DNA of 64,000 bases from Sinomonas sp. GTDB lineage: Bacteria; Actinomycetota; Actinomycetes; Actinomycetales; Micrococcaceae. Made by a program: the position numbers and the translations under genes. Every line of letters begins with the position of its first letter. Within the stretch, counting starts at the first letter, position 1. The notes under the pieces are model-generated. The model made no database searches, was not told the DNA's origin, and saw nothing but the letters and a program-made list of their open reading frames with translations. This document shows, piece after piece, positions 62,350-64,000 of this stretch. The DNA is taken from NCBI RefSeq assembly GCF_036848755.1, contig NZ_DAIUJO010000003.1:30-64029 (forward strand). Reading direction: 5' to 3'.

Positions 62350-63546
62350 ATGAGCAAGAGCCCTACCCCAGACGCGGAGACGCCGCAGCGCGTGCGCATC
62401 ACCGCCGAGAGCGACGCGACCCAGTCCAAGCGCGGCCGCGGCCTCACGATCGGCATCGGAGCAGCCGTCGTCCTCCTCCTGGGCGCCGGCGCCGCCCTCG
62501 CGACCGCGAACGCCCACCAGGCTCCGAGCCAGCCGAGCCAGTCCGCCATCGCCCAGACAGGCACCCCTGCAGCGCAGCTCCGGCTCGGGTACTTCGCGAA
62601 CGTGACCCACGCTCCCGCCGTCGTCGGCGTCCAGCAGGGCCTGATCGGCAACGCCCTCAAGGCAGCCGGCACCGGCAGCCTCACCACCCAGGTCTTCAGC
62701 GCGGGCCCTGCCGAGATCGAGGCGCTCAACGCCGGCGCCATCGACGCTGCCTACGTGGGCCCGAACCCGGCCATCAACTCCTTCGCGCAGAGCAAGGGCC
62801 AATCCGTCGTCGTCGTGGCGGGCGTCGCCGCAGGCGGCGCGCAGCTCGTCGTGCGCCCGGGCATCAACTCTGCCGCGGACCTCAAGGGCAAGACCCTCGC
62901 AACGCCCCAGCTCGGCAACACGCAGGACGTCGCGCTCCGCGCATGGCTCGCCAAGCAGGGCTACAAGACCACCCCGAACGGCTCGGGCGACGTCATCATC
63001 GACCCGACGGACAACGCGCAGACGCTCAAGCTCTTCCAGGCCGGAAAGCTCGACGGCGCGTGGCTTCCCGAGCCGTGGGCGTCCCGCCTCGTGCTCCAGG
63101 CCGGCGCGCACGTCCTGGTCGACGAGAAGACCCTCTGGGACGGCTCCCAGACCGGAAGGCCCGGGCTGTTCCCGACCACGGTGCTCGTGGTGAACAAGAA
63201 GTTCGCGGCCGACCACCCGCAGACGGTCGAGGCCCTCGTCAAGGGCGACGCCGCCGCGATCGACTGGCTCAACAAGACGAGCGCGACGCAGAAGGTCCAG
63301 GCGGTCAACGACGGGCTCAGGGCGGCGGCGGGGCAGGCCCTCCCCACGGACGTCGTCCAACGCGCCCTCGACAACATCACGTTCACGACCGACCCTCTGG
63401 CCGGTGCATACCCGAAACTGCTCCAGGACGGCGTCGACGCGGGCGTCTCAAAGACCGCCGACCTGCACGGCCTCTTCGACCTGAGCATCCTCAACCGCCT
63501 TCCGGGCGAAACCAAGGTCAGTGCGGCCGGGCTGGGCCAGGAGTAG
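62350..63546 (+). CDS. ABC transporter substrate-binding protein (NitT/TauT, aliphatic-sulfonate/nitrate type)
   Basis: It has an N-terminal signal/TM segment and 'LRLGYFANVTHAPAVVG', which is typical of the SsuA/NMT1-like fold. Confidence 0.75.
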   Translation: MSKSPTPDAETPQRVRITAESDATQSKRGRGLTIGIGAAVVLLLGAGAALATANAHQAPSQPSQSAIAQTGTPAAQLRLGYFANVTHAPAVVGVQQGLIGNALKAAGTGSLTTQVFSAGPAEIEALNAGAIDAAYVGPNPAINSFAQSKGQSVVVVAGVAAGGAQLVVRPGINSAADLKGKTLATPQLGNTQDVALRAWLAKQGYKTTPNGSGDVIIDPTDNAQTLKLFQAGKLDGAWLPEPWASRLVLQAGAHVLVDEKTLWDGSQTGRPGLFPTTVLVVNKKFAADHPQTVEALVKGDAAAIDWLNKTSATQKVQAVNDGLRAAAGQALPTDVVQRALDNITFTTDPLAGAYPKLLQDGVDAGVSKTADLHGLFDLSILNRLPGETKVSAAGLGQE

Positions 63547-63555
63547 GAGCAAGAC

Positions 63556-64000
63556 GTGTCGGTACTGCTGGAGAACCTCGGAAAACGCTTCGGCGACGGC
63601 GCCCCCGTGCTGGACGGCGTGAACGCCACCATCGACGCGGGCGAGTTCGTGGCCCTGCTGGGCGCCTCGGGCTGCGGCAAGTCGACGCTGCTGAACATCA
63701 TCGCCGGCCTCGAGCGCCCCAGTTCGGGGGCCCTCGAAGTCCCGGCAGACGGAGCCGCGTTCATGTTCCAGGACGCGGCCCTCTACCCATGGCTCACGGC
63801 CCGCGGCAACATCGAGCTCGCGCTCAGGCTGCGCGGCATCGGAAAGGCCGAGCGCAGGGCGCGCGCCACCGAACTCCTCGAGCTCGTGCATCTCGGCGAG
63901 GCCGCCGACAAGCGCCCCCACGAGCTCTCAGGCGGCATGCGCCAGCGCGTTGCTCTGGCCCGGGCCCTGAGCCAGGACCGTGAAGTCCTCCTCATGGACG
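63556..64000 (+). CDS. ABC transporter ATP-binding protein (NitT/TauT family), truncated by the window edge
   Basis: My own translation from GTG 63556 reads 'VSVLLENLGKRFGDGAPVLDGVNATIDAGEFVALLGASGCGKSTLLNI...HELSGGMRQRVALARAL'. It is absent from the ORF track because no stop lies inside the window. Confidence 0.85.
   Translation, partial: MSVLLENLGKRFGDGAPVLDGVNATIDAGEFVALLGASGCGKSTLLNIIAGLERPSSGALEVPADGAAFMFQDAALYPWLTARGNIELALRLRGIGKAERRARATELLELVHLGEAADKRPHELSGGMRQRVALARALSQDREVLLMD

Overview
This is a 64-kb high-GC (by eye about 70%) actinobacterial chromosomal segment. It is densely coding, and I saw no rRNA or tRNA genes, CRISPR arrays, transposases or integrases. The taxon cannot be fixed from the sequence alone; the menG-menJ-polyprenyl synthase and sirA-cysH synteny resembles Micrococcales/Corynebacteriales-type genomes.

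Most of the content is ordinary metabolism:
- a TetR regulator with the mannitol PTS genes (mtlA-mtlD)
- a secreted PLC/AcpA-type phosphoesterase
- a phenylacetate (paa) regulon split into two blocks: TetR/paaK/paaI at 6.5-9.1 kb, and paaABCDE plus an enoyl-CoA hydratase at 22.8-27.5 kb
- a TetR/MFS pair, pta-ackA, oligopeptidase B and glutamate decarboxylase
- a DUF222-HNH gene
- Lrp with a 2-oxoacid dehydrogenase E1a/E1b/E2 operon
- an MBL hydrolase, a ParA/MinD-like ATPase, a PAP2 phosphatase and an M50-like peptidase
- dispersed menaquinone genes (menC, menD, menF, menG, menJ-like, polyprenyl synthase)
- a GH63-like glucosidase and an amino-acid ABC transporter
- an orphan SUKH/SMI1-KNR4 gene
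- a sulfate-assimilation cluster (cbiX, MFS, sirA, cysH, cysD, cysN, then an ABC transporter)

The best candidate for an undescribed system lies at 16.9-22.7 kb. A PqqD-like (RiPP-recognition-element) protein is translationally coupled to an HPr-kinase-like P-loop kinase that carries a second PqqD-like domain. This pair sits directly upstream of a Wzz-fused BY tyrosine autokinase with an odd Ser/Thr pentapeptide-repeat N-terminal tail. It is flanked by an LCP ligase on one side and a lepB/LMW-PTP operon on the other. No RiPP maturase or stand-alone precursor gene is present.

A second theme is an abundance of short tandem repeats with units of 15-27 bp. They occur in frame inside several CDSs and in intergenic regions, including four 21-bp iteron-like repeats just downstream of the ParA-like gene.

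Many ORF-track start codons are over-extended, and I re-picked starts where the sequence supported it. All functional calls come from motif recognition by eye, not from database searches.
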